From: Gemmatimonadaceae bacterium
Lineage (GTDB): Bacteria > Gemmatimonadota > Gemmatimonadetes > Gemmatimonadales > Gemmatimonadaceae
Direction of reading: 5' to 3'
DNA length: 64,000 nt
Assembly (NCBI GenBank): GCA_051859245.1
Contig: JBHYGA010000001.1
Location: forward strand, 384,001-448,000
The notes beneath the pieces were generated by a model. That model was not told where the DNA came from. It did not search any database and worked only from the letters and a program-made list of their open reading frames with translations. Made by a program: the position numbers and the translations under genes. The stretch's first letter is position 1; each line of letters begins with the position of its first letter. Shown in pieces: positions 40,261-48,900 of the stretch.

Positions 40261-41473
40261 TCACTCAGGCCATGCGCGCGGTACCTGACGCCGCGTGCGC
40301 GGAAAACTGCCGTCGTACCCCGACAGTTGGTTCCACACCCAGCCGGTGGCGTACGCCGCGTACAGCCCGTCCACATTGAGCAGCATCGCGGCGCCGCGAC
40401 CCGTGAGTTTTGAGAAACCGCCGGCACCCGAGAACCCACCACTATGACCGGGCAGGATTCGAATTGGATCACCCGGAACATTCATCATTGACCACCCAAG
40501 CGGCGTGCGCGCGCCGGTTTCTGTTTCACCGTATATGCGCAGCGCCTCCGCCTGGGTGAGCAATGCGTTCGCACGCCCCTGCGCGGCGCACAGGTGCGCT
40601 TGCAGAAACGTGACAAAATCAGGGAGTGACATGGCGAGTTCACTCGCCTCAAGTAAAGGCAGTGGCCGAGCACGCCGTTCGTACCACGGATACCGCAGCA
40701 CTTCGTCTTGCTCATAATGTGCACGCGGTTGGTCGTCTGTGTATTCCCCTCGGCGTACGAACGTCGCGCGCATCCCAAGCGGTTCAAACGTCGTCGTGTA
40801 ACAGCTGCGCAATCGATTTTCCGGTGACGTGCTCAAGAATTCCTGCGGCTACCACAACCGCCGGTGCAGATGAACGCGCACGCGACGGGATGCTGTCCGG
40901 CTGCTGTGCGAGGTACCAACGCGTTGCGTGATAGGCCGCTGACCGTCCACGGCTGGCTGTGAACGCGGGTACGAGCGACGCGCTGTCGCCCAGGCCATAG
41001 GCGGGGATCGGCGGAACAAACGACAACAACGTCCCCAGCGTGATGTCCGCGTACCACGGCGCTGATCGCGCAGCGCTCGGCCACAGCTCGCGTAACGGCG
41101 CGTCGAGTCGTAGCACGCCGCGTCGCTCGAGGCGCAGCGCGGCGGTGGCCAGCATTGGTGCCGCGTGGTATTCGAGTCGAAAGAGCGCGTGCGGGCCGAT
41201 CGGCGAGTCTCCGTCAACGCGTGTCACGCCGTCCCACGCCAACCGACGCGAGTCACACGTAAAGGTTGCAAACGCCGCGCCCGGAAGCATCCACTCGTTC
41301 CGGTACCAGGCCACGGTGTCACGCAACACGCGATCGAGTGTCACAGGCGGCGCAGAGGACACACTCACGTTGGTCGGAGCGAGCGCCGCCATCTCGGCGC
41401 GCGGGGGAGCCGTGTAGCAGCCAGCCAGCACAACGAAGCATGCAGCAGCGCATACTGTCGACGGAATTCGCAT
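40261..41473 (-). pseudogene. Beta-lactamase-fold serine hydrolase lipoprotein, frameshifted near 40790 and catalytically degenerate
   Basis: ORF 40784..41506 ends ILEHVTGKS...LHDDV*, ORF 40261..40836 continues FEPLGM..T; SxxK site reads FRLEYHAAP; HSG retained. Confidence 0.7.
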
Positions 41474-41608
41474 TGCGGTCCTCGGGATATCTCGGCGGGC
41501 GGACACGTACCGTTCGCCCTCAACGACGCCGAAGGACCGGTATGGTCACACTCCGTGCTCGTGCACATCCGGCTTACTGCACCCTGCGCGCCACCGGGAT
41601 CAGACACA

Positions 41609-41636
41609 CTGGTCACTCGCGTTCGTTCAGGCATAG
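41609..41636 (+). promoter_or_regulatory. Putative ECF promoter CTGGTCA-N15-GCATAG upstream of the sigma gene
   Basis: Same bipartite motif and spacing at 45914-45941. Confidence 0.65.
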
Positions 41637-41645
41637 CCCTTGTGC

Positions 41646-42224
41646 ATGATGACGATCGATCCCCCCGCCCTCGACCCATATCCGGAGTGGACGAGACGCC
41701 TGCTGGCGTCCGACCACGCCGCGCTGGAGGCTGTCTTCCATGATGTGCACGAGGCGCTTGTGGCCTACGCCCGTCGGATGATCGCTGATTCGGCGCAATC
41801 GCGGGATGTGGTGCAGGTGGCCTTTATTCGGTTGTGGGAGCACCGCCATTCCCTCGATCCGGCGCGCTCCATGCGCGCCTGGCTGTTTCGTACCGTGCGG
41901 AACGAAGCGTTGACGCGACTTCGCGACGCCCGCAATCAGGCGCGTTCGCTGGAAACGTGGGACGAACCGCTGCAGTGGCGGGCACCGCAGCCTGAAGCGT
42001 TGCTCGAAGAGCGCGAGCTTGGTCAGGCGATGGCACGATGGTTGGACGAACTGCCGGAGCGGCAACGCGAGGCGGTGCGTCTCAGTCGTTTCGAGGGGCT
42101 GTCGCACGAAGAAATCGCGGAGGTGATGGAGATCGCTCCGCGAACTGTCAACAATCACATTGTGCGCGGTCTGCAAACGCTGCGCGCGAAATTCGACGCG
42201 ACGTGGTCGCGGGAGGGGGCGTGA
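41646..42224 (+). CDS. ECF sigma-70 factor (FecI-like)
   Basis: DVVQ.AF.RLW, AWLF..VRN, LPERQREA..L.RFEGLS.EEIA, TV.NH..R. Confidence 0.92.
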   Translation: MMTIDPPALDPYPEWTRRLLASDHAALEAVFHDVHEALVAYARRMIADSAQSRDVVQVAFIRLWEHRHSLDPARSMRAWLFRTVRNEALTRLRDARNQARSLETWDEPLQWRAPQPEALLEERELGQAMARWLDELPERQREAVRLSRFEGLSHEEIAEVMEIAPRTVNNHIVRGLQTLRAKFDATWSREGA

Positions 42225-43219
42225 GCAACGCACCACAGCGAATGCTGCCGGCGGACGTCGCGCGCGGCGTCGCGGATGACGCCGAACGAGCGGCGCTTGA
42301 GACGGTGTGGACCGCGCTTGACGCTGCTCGACCGGGTGCCGCGGTGACGCCATCGGAAAGCTCCGCCATGTGGGCGGCCATTGTGGCCGGTACATCGCAG
42401 CCAACCAATGTAGACGGGTCTGCGTCGCGGAGTGTGCTGGCCTCGCAACCACGTGGCATTCGTGGCGACCGACCCGCGTGGGCGCGACGACGTGTGCGTG
42501 CGTCCGCGCTGATGACGCTCGGCTTTGCGATCGTGGCTGTCGTCGCGGCGCGACCTGGACGTTGGCAGGAAGTGCAGGTGCCGCGTGCGCAGCAGCGCGT
42601 GGTTTCACTTCCGGATGGATCGCGGGTCACGCTCGATGCGGGTGCGCGCTTGCGCTATCGCGATGGATTCCGTGGCTGGTTCGGCCGTGCCGCAGACCGA
42701 CACACGGAACTCGAAGGCGCCGCGTACTTTGATGTCGCGAGCAATGGTCGACCATTCACCGTGCACACGTACAACGCTAGCGTGAGCGTGCTTGGCACCG
42801 AGTTCGAAGTGCAGTCGTGGTCAGCTGAGGGTACTGGTACGACGGTGGCGGTGGCGGAGGGGCGTGTAGCCCTCGCAGGCCACACTGCCAATGCGGTCAC
42901 GCTCAACGCTGGTCAGCGCGCGGTCGTAACGCACGCCGAGAATGCGCCCGATAGTGCTGCGCCGTTGCCGGTGGACCGTGTGGCCCCATGGCGTCGTGGA
43001 GGTTTCGTGGCGGTGAACGAACCGCTCGCCAGCGTCGTGGCCACGCTCGAACGCCATTTTGATACGAACATTGAACTGGCCGATGCATCGCTCGGACAAC
43101 AGCGCATCACGCTCTACTACCCAGTGGCCGCGCTTGATCGCGTGCTCGGTGATGTCGCTACCATGGAGTCGCTCACCCTCGAACGGCAACGCGACGGTTA
43201 CGTTTTACGACGACCATGA
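42221..43219 (+). CDS. FecR-family anti-sigma / transmembrane sensor
   Basis: TM helix, LPDGS.V.L, LEG.AYFDV, VLGT.F.V, V.EG.V; GTGA overlap with sigma. Confidence 0.9.
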   Translation: MSNAPQRMLPADVARGVADDAERAALETVWTALDAARPGAAVTPSESSAMWAAIVAGTSQPTNVDGSASRSVLASQPRGIRGDRPAWARRRVRASALMTLGFAIVAVVAARPGRWQEVQVPRAQQRVVSLPDGSRVTLDAGARLRYRDGFRGWFGRAADRHTELEGAAYFDVASNGRPFTVHTYNASVSVLGTEFEVQSWSAEGTGTTVAVAEGRVALAGHTANAVTLNAGQRAVVTHAENAPDSAAPLPVDRVAPWRRGGFVAVNEPLASVVATLERHFDTNIELADASLGQQRITLYYPVAALDRVLGDVATMESLTLERQRDGYVLRRP

Positions 43220-45909
43220 TCGTGCAAAGTGTGCGTTGCATGTCGCTGATCTGTGCGCTGTTATTGATTGTTACGCTGCCACTGGCTGCACAGCCGAATG
43301 AGTCCACGGATCGCCTGACGATCAGTTTGCGTGGTGTGCCGGTTGCTGAAGCGCTCGATCGGTTTGCCGCCGTCAGCGGCGTCAGCTTGGCATTTGATCC
43401 GTCCACCGTCGGAACCAGACGCGTTTTTTGTCAACTTGACAACGTCCGCGCGCTCGATGTGTTGCGCTGTATTGTGCGCGAGGCAGGTCTCGACTTCTAT
43501 CAGTTGTCGTCCGGTACCTACGTGGTGATCGCGTCCATCACACAGGCGCCGCAGATTGCGTCATTGGTGGGACGAATCACTGATGCGGCCAGCGGCGAGC
43601 CGATTACGCGCGCACGTGTGACCATCGATACAAACGAAGGGGCACGCGCGGTGAATGACGGCGGCACATTCCGTTTTGCCGCGTTGCTGCCCGGTCGTTA
43701 TCGTGTGCGCGTGCAAGCGGTGGGCTACCGACCGCTCGTGCGCGAGCTGGTTCTGGTGCCTGGGCGAGCAGAACGTTGGGCGCTGGCGCTTGATCCGCTA
43801 CCGGCCACGCTTTCGCTCGTGGAAGTCACTGGGCTTGCAATGAACACGACACCGCGCGCAGCGGCTGCGCAGCAGATCGTGCCCGACTCCCTGCCAGCCG
43901 TACTGGCATCTTCGGGGATGCTTCGCGCGGCCGCAAACCAACTTGGTATCGGACAACGCGCGTTGGCCGGTGATCTGCACATTCAGGGTGGTGAGGCGGG
44001 CGAACATCAGTTCCGCCTCGACGGCGTGCCTGTGTTTGATCCCGTATCGGTAGCCCGCATGTTCGGCGCCTTCGCGCCGCTCGCCATTCGGCAGCTCACC
44101 GTGCACAAAGCAGGATTCGGCGTGTCGCACGGGAGTTACACGGCCGGTGTGATTGATCTGGAGCATTCCATCGGCGCCGGCTCGGAGGCTATCACCACAA
44201 CCATTGATCCCATGTCGGCGTCTTTGCGTTACGCAGCGCGGGGAATGCTGCTGGGCAAGCGCACAACGGGCATGTTCGCGGCGCGACGAAGCCTGTGGGA
44301 TGTATCTCCGATGCCGTCGGTGGAACGCGCGCTGCACGGTTGGGCGCGGGTGGATCCGCTGCTGCTCGATGCAACGGCAGTGGGCGCACCGACCACGAGA
44401 GGTGATCCGTTTCAGGTCAGCAAAAGTACGCCGCAGTTGCACTTCGTGGATGTGCACGGCGCCGGACGCATGGAACTGGGCGCGTTTCAGTCACTGGCGG
44501 CGTCATTCTTTGTGTCGGATAATTCGGTGAGCGCCGATGTGCAGGCGACATCCGCACTCGAAAATCGCATGCTTGATACACGCGATGCCTACGCTTGGCG
44601 AACCGGTGGCGGCATGCTGCGGCACGATTGGATGCCGAACGCTCGTGTCCAGCAAATGCTTCGATTGCGCGTGAGCACGCATTCGCTCGCGCATCTTCAC
44701 TACGCACGCGAGGCCGGCGCCGCGCGCGTAGCGGACGTATTCGGCAGTAATGCGGCCGACCGGCGTGAGACAAACGGCGTGCAGGAATACGCGCTGGATG
44801 CCGTGACGCGTGTGTCGGCCACCGATCGTGGTGAGCTGGTGCTCGGCACGGAAATCGCGCGAACCGGCAGTCATGTCGATATGAACAACGGCGTGTTTCG
44901 CCCGATGCTGAATCGTTCGGGCGCGTGGCGTATGTCGCAGTTCACGGAGTGGCGGCAGCAGTGGGCGCATGGTCTGCAGGGTGACGCCGGCCTGCGGCTT
45001 ACCTGGGTTCCGACCTTCGCCACGGTATACGCCGAGCCGCGCGTGTCACTGCGCGGAGAGCACGCGCGCGCAGACGATGTGATCGCCTGGCGCGTATCGG
45101 GCGGTGTGCATCGACAGTTCGTATCTCAGTTCGAGTTACCGGCGTTGGGTCCAACTGCGGTCGCGAGCGGCGTGCGGTTCTGGCTGCCGGTCGACGGCAG
45201 CATTCGACCTGCCGAATCGTTTCACACCACGAGTGAGTTTGTCTGGCGACACCAACGTGGCTTTGAGGTGCACACGGAAGCGTACTACAAATGGTTAAAC
45301 AGTGTCCCAGCCCTTGATTTTGGTATTCTGCTCGGCGCGGGTGGTGCGATGCCGCACGATATCCCGCAGGCCATGTTCGTGGGGCGTTCGCGCGGACACA
45401 CGTTTGGCGCCGGGGTACGCGTGACGCAGCGCGCACAGTGGGCGACCGCGACGCTCGGCGTTGACGGCGGACAATCCGTGCGCACGTTTCCTGGTCGATT
45501 TGGCGGACGTGAACAGCGCACCCCGTGGAACGAATCCCTGCGCATCACCTCGTCGATTGAATCGCAACTGCCCGGGAGCGTTGAACTCTCGTTGCAGTCA
45601 CGTCATGTGTGGGGCCGAACGTGGGCGTTGCGCCGTGCGTACTATGATCTCGCGATTGACGGGCTGCCAGTGAACACACCCGGCAACGATGCGCTCCCTG
45701 CGTGGCATGAGGTAGACGTCGCGTTTGCACGCGCGCTGCGCATTGGGAGTGCCCGCACGGTGCTGTCACTCTCGGCGTTGAATGTGTTGGGGCGCTTAAA
45801 CACAATCGACCAGTGGCTGGTTCCCGGTTTCACTGACAATTCGGTCGCGCGCGAATCGCGGACCGCAGTCGGTCGACAATTATTGCTGACAATGCGCATC
45901 GCGTACTGA
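43216..45909 (+). CDS. TonB-dependent receptor/transducer (STN-like N-terminus, carboxypeptidase-regulatory-like domain, plug, barrel)
   Basis: Signal peptide; I.LRGVP..EAL; G.ITDA.SGEP; GG...LDGVP plug; terminal aromatic residue; ATGA overlap with FecR. Confidence 0.85.
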   Translation: MIVQSVRCMSLICALLLIVTLPLAAQPNESTDRLTISLRGVPVAEALDRFAAVSGVSLAFDPSTVGTRRVFCQLDNVRALDVLRCIVREAGLDFYQLSSGTYVVIASITQAPQIASLVGRITDAASGEPITRARVTIDTNEGARAVNDGGTFRFAALLPGRYRVRVQAVGYRPLVRELVLVPGRAERWALALDPLPATLSLVEVTGLAMNTTPRAAAAQQIVPDSLPAVLASSGMLRAAANQLGIGQRALAGDLHIQGGEAGEHQFRLDGVPVFDPVSVARMFGAFAPLAIRQLTVHKAGFGVSHGSYTAGVIDLEHSIGAGSEAITTTIDPMSASLRYAARGMLLGKRTTGMFAARRSLWDVSPMPSVERALHGWARVDPLLLDATAVGAPTTRGDPFQVSKSTPQLHFVDVHGAGRMELGAFQSLAASFFVSDNSVSADVQATSALENRMLDTRDAYAWRTGGGMLRHDWMPNARVQQMLRLRVSTHSLAHLHYAREAGAARVADVFGSNAADRRETNGVQEYALDAVTRVSATDRGELVLGTEIARTGSHVDMNNGVFRPMLNRSGAWRMSQFTEWRQQWAHGLQGDAGLRLTWVPTFATVYAEPRVSLRGEHARADDVIAWRVSGGVHRQFVSQFELPALGPTAVASGVRFWLPVDGSIRPAESFHTTSEFVWRHQRGFEVHTEAYYKWLNSVPALDFGILLGAGGAMPHDIPQAMFVGRSRGHTFGAGVRVTQRAQWATATLGVDGGQSVRTFPGRFGGREQRTPWNESLRITSSIESQLPGSVELSLQSRHVWGRTWALRRAYYDLAIDGLPVNTPGNDALPAWHEVDVAFARALRIGSARTVLSLSALNVLGRLNTIDQWLVPGFTDNSVARESRTAVGRQLLLTMRIAY

Positions 45910-45913
45910 GTCG

Positions 45914-45941
45914 CTGGTCATCAGTGCGCGCTGTTGCATAG
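45914..45941 (+). promoter_or_regulatory. Second copy of the putative ECF promoter, upstream of the fasciclin gene
   Basis: ctggtca-tcagtgcgcgctgtt-gcatag. Confidence 0.65.
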
Positions 45942-46007
45942 TGAAGGTGCATGTGATGTGCAGTGCATGCACATCAGCTCTTCACTCTTCAGCAAGGAAA
46001 CCGTCTG

Positions 46008-46925
46008 ATGCGAACTCTGATTTCTTCGCGCCGTTCACGGCTGCGTGTGCTGCCCGCTGCCATTGCAACCACGCTGCTGCTTAGCGCGTGTGGCGATGAC
46101 GATGTCGTTGCACCAGAACCACCCGCAACAATTGTGGCGGCCGCGCAAGCGACGCCTGATCTGAGCACGTTGGTAACGGCGCTCACGGCCGCTGATCTTG
46201 TTGGCACGCTGAGTGGTCCTGGTCCCTTTACCGTGTTCGCACCGGTGAACAGCGCGTTTGCCGCCGTTCCAGCCGACGTACTGCAGCGTCTGCTCGAAAC
46301 CGGCAACGTGAACATCTTGTCCAAGGTGCTGCGCTACCACGTGGTGCCAGGACGCGTGCTGGCCTCGGATCTGCGTGAAGGACAAGTGGTCACGACTGTT
46401 GAAGGCACCACGTTACGCATCACGCTGGCAGGTGGCGCACGCGTGAACAACGCGCGCATTACCACCACCGATATTGAGACGGGCAACGGTGTGGTGCACT
46501 TGATCGATGCGGTGATGACCGAAAGCCTCGATGTGGTTGACGTGGCCACGATTCGTGGCTTCAGTTCGCTGGTGAATGCCGTTGCGACGGCCGGCCTGGT
46601 GAATGCGCTGCGCGGCAATGGCGCCGGTCAGGGCATCACGGTATTCGCGCCCACCAATGCCGCGTTTGCGGCGCTCGGCACACTGCCTGCCAACCCCACG
46701 CTCACGAGTGTACTCACCGCGCACGTTGTGAACGGTCGCGCACTGTCAACCGGGTTGACCAACAATCAGGTGGTACCGTCACTGCAGGGTGGCAATCTCA
46801 CCATTCAGACGGGACCGCTGCGTGTGCGTGGTGTTGGCAACACAACGCCGCTCAACATCACGGCTACCGACATTGTAGCCAAGAACGGTGTGATTCATGT
46901 GATCGACGGCATTATTCTGCCGTAA
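46008..46925 (+). CDS. Lipoprotein with two fasciclin (FAS1) domains
   Basis: Lipobox LSAC; TVFAP.N.AF twice; NGV.H.ID twice; AAGGA RBS. Confidence 0.93.
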   Translation: MRTLISSRRSRLRVLPAAIATTLLLSACGDDDVVAPEPPATIVAAAQATPDLSTLVTALTAADLVGTLSGPGPFTVFAPVNSAFAAVPADVLQRLLETGNVNILSKVLRYHVVPGRVLASDLREGQVVTTVEGTTLRITLAGGARVNNARITTTDIETGNGVVHLIDAVMTESLDVVDVATIRGFSSLVNAVATAGLVNALRGNGAGQGITVFAPTNAAFAALGTLPANPTLTSVLTAHVVNGRALSTGLTNNQVVPSLQGGNLTIQTGPLRVRGVGNTTPLNITATDIVAKNGVIHVIDGIILP

Positions 46926-46960
46926 ACATCTCGTACACTACGAACGATGGTGTGGGTTGC

Positions 46961-46993
46961 ATCTCCAACACCGGCGCCACCGGTGTTGGAGAT
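46961..46993. terminator. Perfect 14-bp stem-loop between convergent genes
   Basis: atctccaacaccgg-cgcca-ccggtgttggagat. Confidence 0.7.
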
Positions 46994-47045
46994 CTGTTCG
47001 TGAGCGCATTGTGATGCCTGTAACGCCGTAGACCGCACTACGCGA

Positions 47046-47519
47046 TCAGGACGTCCGCTCCATCGTCGCGATCGCGTCGGCGAGGCTACTCTCCTGCGTG
47101 CTCGCCACAACCACACCGCCGCCCTGCGACAGCACTTCGCCGGCACGCTCCGCGCTCTGCGCGTCTACCAATGCTACGAGCATGGACGAGTTGAAGAGCA
47201 GCCCGTCGCCCATTTGCTTGAGCAACGCGTCAGGAAAGCCGCGGTCAATGAAGTAGGCGGCGAGTGCGCCGCCAGCCGCCAACGTCAGCGTGCCGATACC
47301 CGGAAGAATGAGGCCAGCAACCGCGCCCACCAGCGCGCTCTTGCCGATGCCCCAGTCCTGCGACTCGGTAAACTCCACCTCTCCGCCCTCGTCACGCGTG
47401 ACAATTGCCACGTTTCCGAGCCCGATCGAAGCGGCTTTGAGCATAGCTTCACCGGCTTCGGCGCCGTTCAGCGTGTTAAAACTGGCAATCAGAATGTGGC
47501 GCGTGGTGGAATCAGACAT
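47046..47519 (-). CDS. DUF1269-like glycine-rich membrane protein
   Basis: GAVAGLI.PG.G..AAGGAL, D.GF.D..LK..G..L...SS. Confidence 0.7.
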   Translation of the reverse strand: MSDSTTRHILIASFNTLNGAEAGEAMLKAASIGLGNVAIVTRDEGGEVEFTESQDWGIGKSALVGAVAGLILPGIGTLTLAAGGALAAYFIDRGFPDALLKQMGDGLLFNSSMLVALVDAQSAERAGEVLSQGGGVVVASTQESSLADAIATMERTS

Positions 47520-47556
47520 GACTTCTCCAAGAAAGGTGAGCGATAGAGTTACACAG

Positions 47557-48852
47557 CTATTGGCTCAGTACCCGCCACGCACGCACATGTGGCACATCGT
47601 CCTCATCGATCCACACGCCGAGCACGCGTTCTCGACTCACAACATGCGGCGTGACACCCGGCGGCAGTACAACACGGGCGATTGCTTGACCACCGGCGTC
47701 AAATACCAGAAAGCGCTGCGCGTCCGTTGGCCAGACACTCGGCGTCTGCGCCCACAACGTGCCGTCCTGACCAATCTGCAGCCCATCGTGATACGGAAAC
47801 ACCGTCGCAAACCGCCAGCGGCGGCGCATGGCTTCCCACTCCACCTTCACTGACGCGGGTATCGGCTGGCTCTCCACGGACGCCGCAACTTCTGCGCGCA
47901 CGCGATCTGCGGCATCAGTCGGCACCGGTTCGGGGCTGACCGCGACGCGCGTTAGACGTGAAAGCGCAGCGTCACGGTATTCGCGCAACTCAAAGCGTTC
48001 GTTGGTGCCAATCACCAGACGCGATCCCTTCCATGCAACGTCCGTTGAGCGACCGTAGCGCACATAGTCGCGATCCGGGTAGCTCTCGCCCTGCTCGGTG
48101 GTGATCGTTTCGAATCCTTCAACGTCAGGAACCAGCGCAATGGTATCAATGCGCAGTATTGCGTTACTGTCAGCCGCCGTTGGCGTGAGTACCGTCACCA
48201 GCGCGAAGGTATCTCGGCGCACGCGGTCATCCATCACGGCAGACGGGATCCAGCGCCGACGTACGGATGCCAGAAACCGAGAGTCGCCGAGCAGGGCGAG
48301 TGGCCGCAGATCGTCGCGGTCGTCTGCACGCGGATACATAATCTGCTCCACATAGTCACCGGCGCTGGTGAACAATGAAATGCGACGCTGCGACGCATCA
48401 AATACGGCCAGGCGTCCGTCGTCGAGCAGTTGTATCCGTTGCACAAAGTCAACTTCACCCGGTCCACGTCCAACCGGCATCATTGTTCGGAGGAATGCGC
48501 CATCGGCCGAATATTCCCGCACATCGCGATGTCGCGCATCGACCACCAGCAACCGACCGTCCGACAGCTCGGTCACCAATCGAATACTCGAAAACGCATT
48601 CGCCGGGTTGTCTCCGTCGATACGCAGTATCGGTGAGGTATCAAGCGTCCACGTTGGCAAGGCCGCAATAAACGTGGAGTCCTGTTCCACGATTGCAGCG
48701 CCAGCGCTATCACGTGTGACAACGCTGTTCGCCGCGCGATCGGATGGTGCACCGCACGCGGACAACGCGGTGCACGCGGCCGTGAGCAGTGTAAATACAC
48801 GTGTACCTGAACAGGTCTCACGTTCGCGGAATCGACCTATCGATTGGTGCAT
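47557..48852 (-). CDS. Six-bladed beta-propeller lipoprotein
   Basis: Lipobox LSAC, RDSAG..IVE, G.GPGE, D.DDVP.V C-terminus. Confidence 0.75.
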   Translation of the reverse strand: MHQSIGRFRERETCSGTRVFTLLTAACTALSACGAPSDRAANSVVTRDSAGAAIVEQDSTFIAALPTWTLDTSPILRIDGDNPANAFSSIRLVTELSDGRLLVVDARHRDVREYSADGAFLRTMMPVGRGPGEVDFVQRIQLLDDGRLAVFDASQRRISLFTSAGDYVEQIMYPRADDRDDLRPLALLGDSRFLASVRRRWIPSAVMDDRVRRDTFALVTVLTPTAADSNAILRIDTIALVPDVEGFETITTEQGESYPDRDYVRYGRSTDVAWKGSRLVIGTNERFELREYRDAALSRLTRVAVSPEPVPTDAADRVRAEVAASVESQPIPASVKVEWEAMRRRWRFATVFPYHDGLQIGQDGTLWAQTPSVWPTDAQRFLVFDAGGQAIARVVLPPGVTPHVVSRERVLGVWIDEDDVPHVRAWRVLSQ

Positions 48853-48900
48853 GCTCCAAAGTACTGCGGGGGCGCGAGACGTGCGCGAGCGCTGTGCTGG

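Noticed and set aside
41543..41570. Third TGGTCA box upstream of the ECF sigma
   Set aside because: No GCATAG at the N15 spacing
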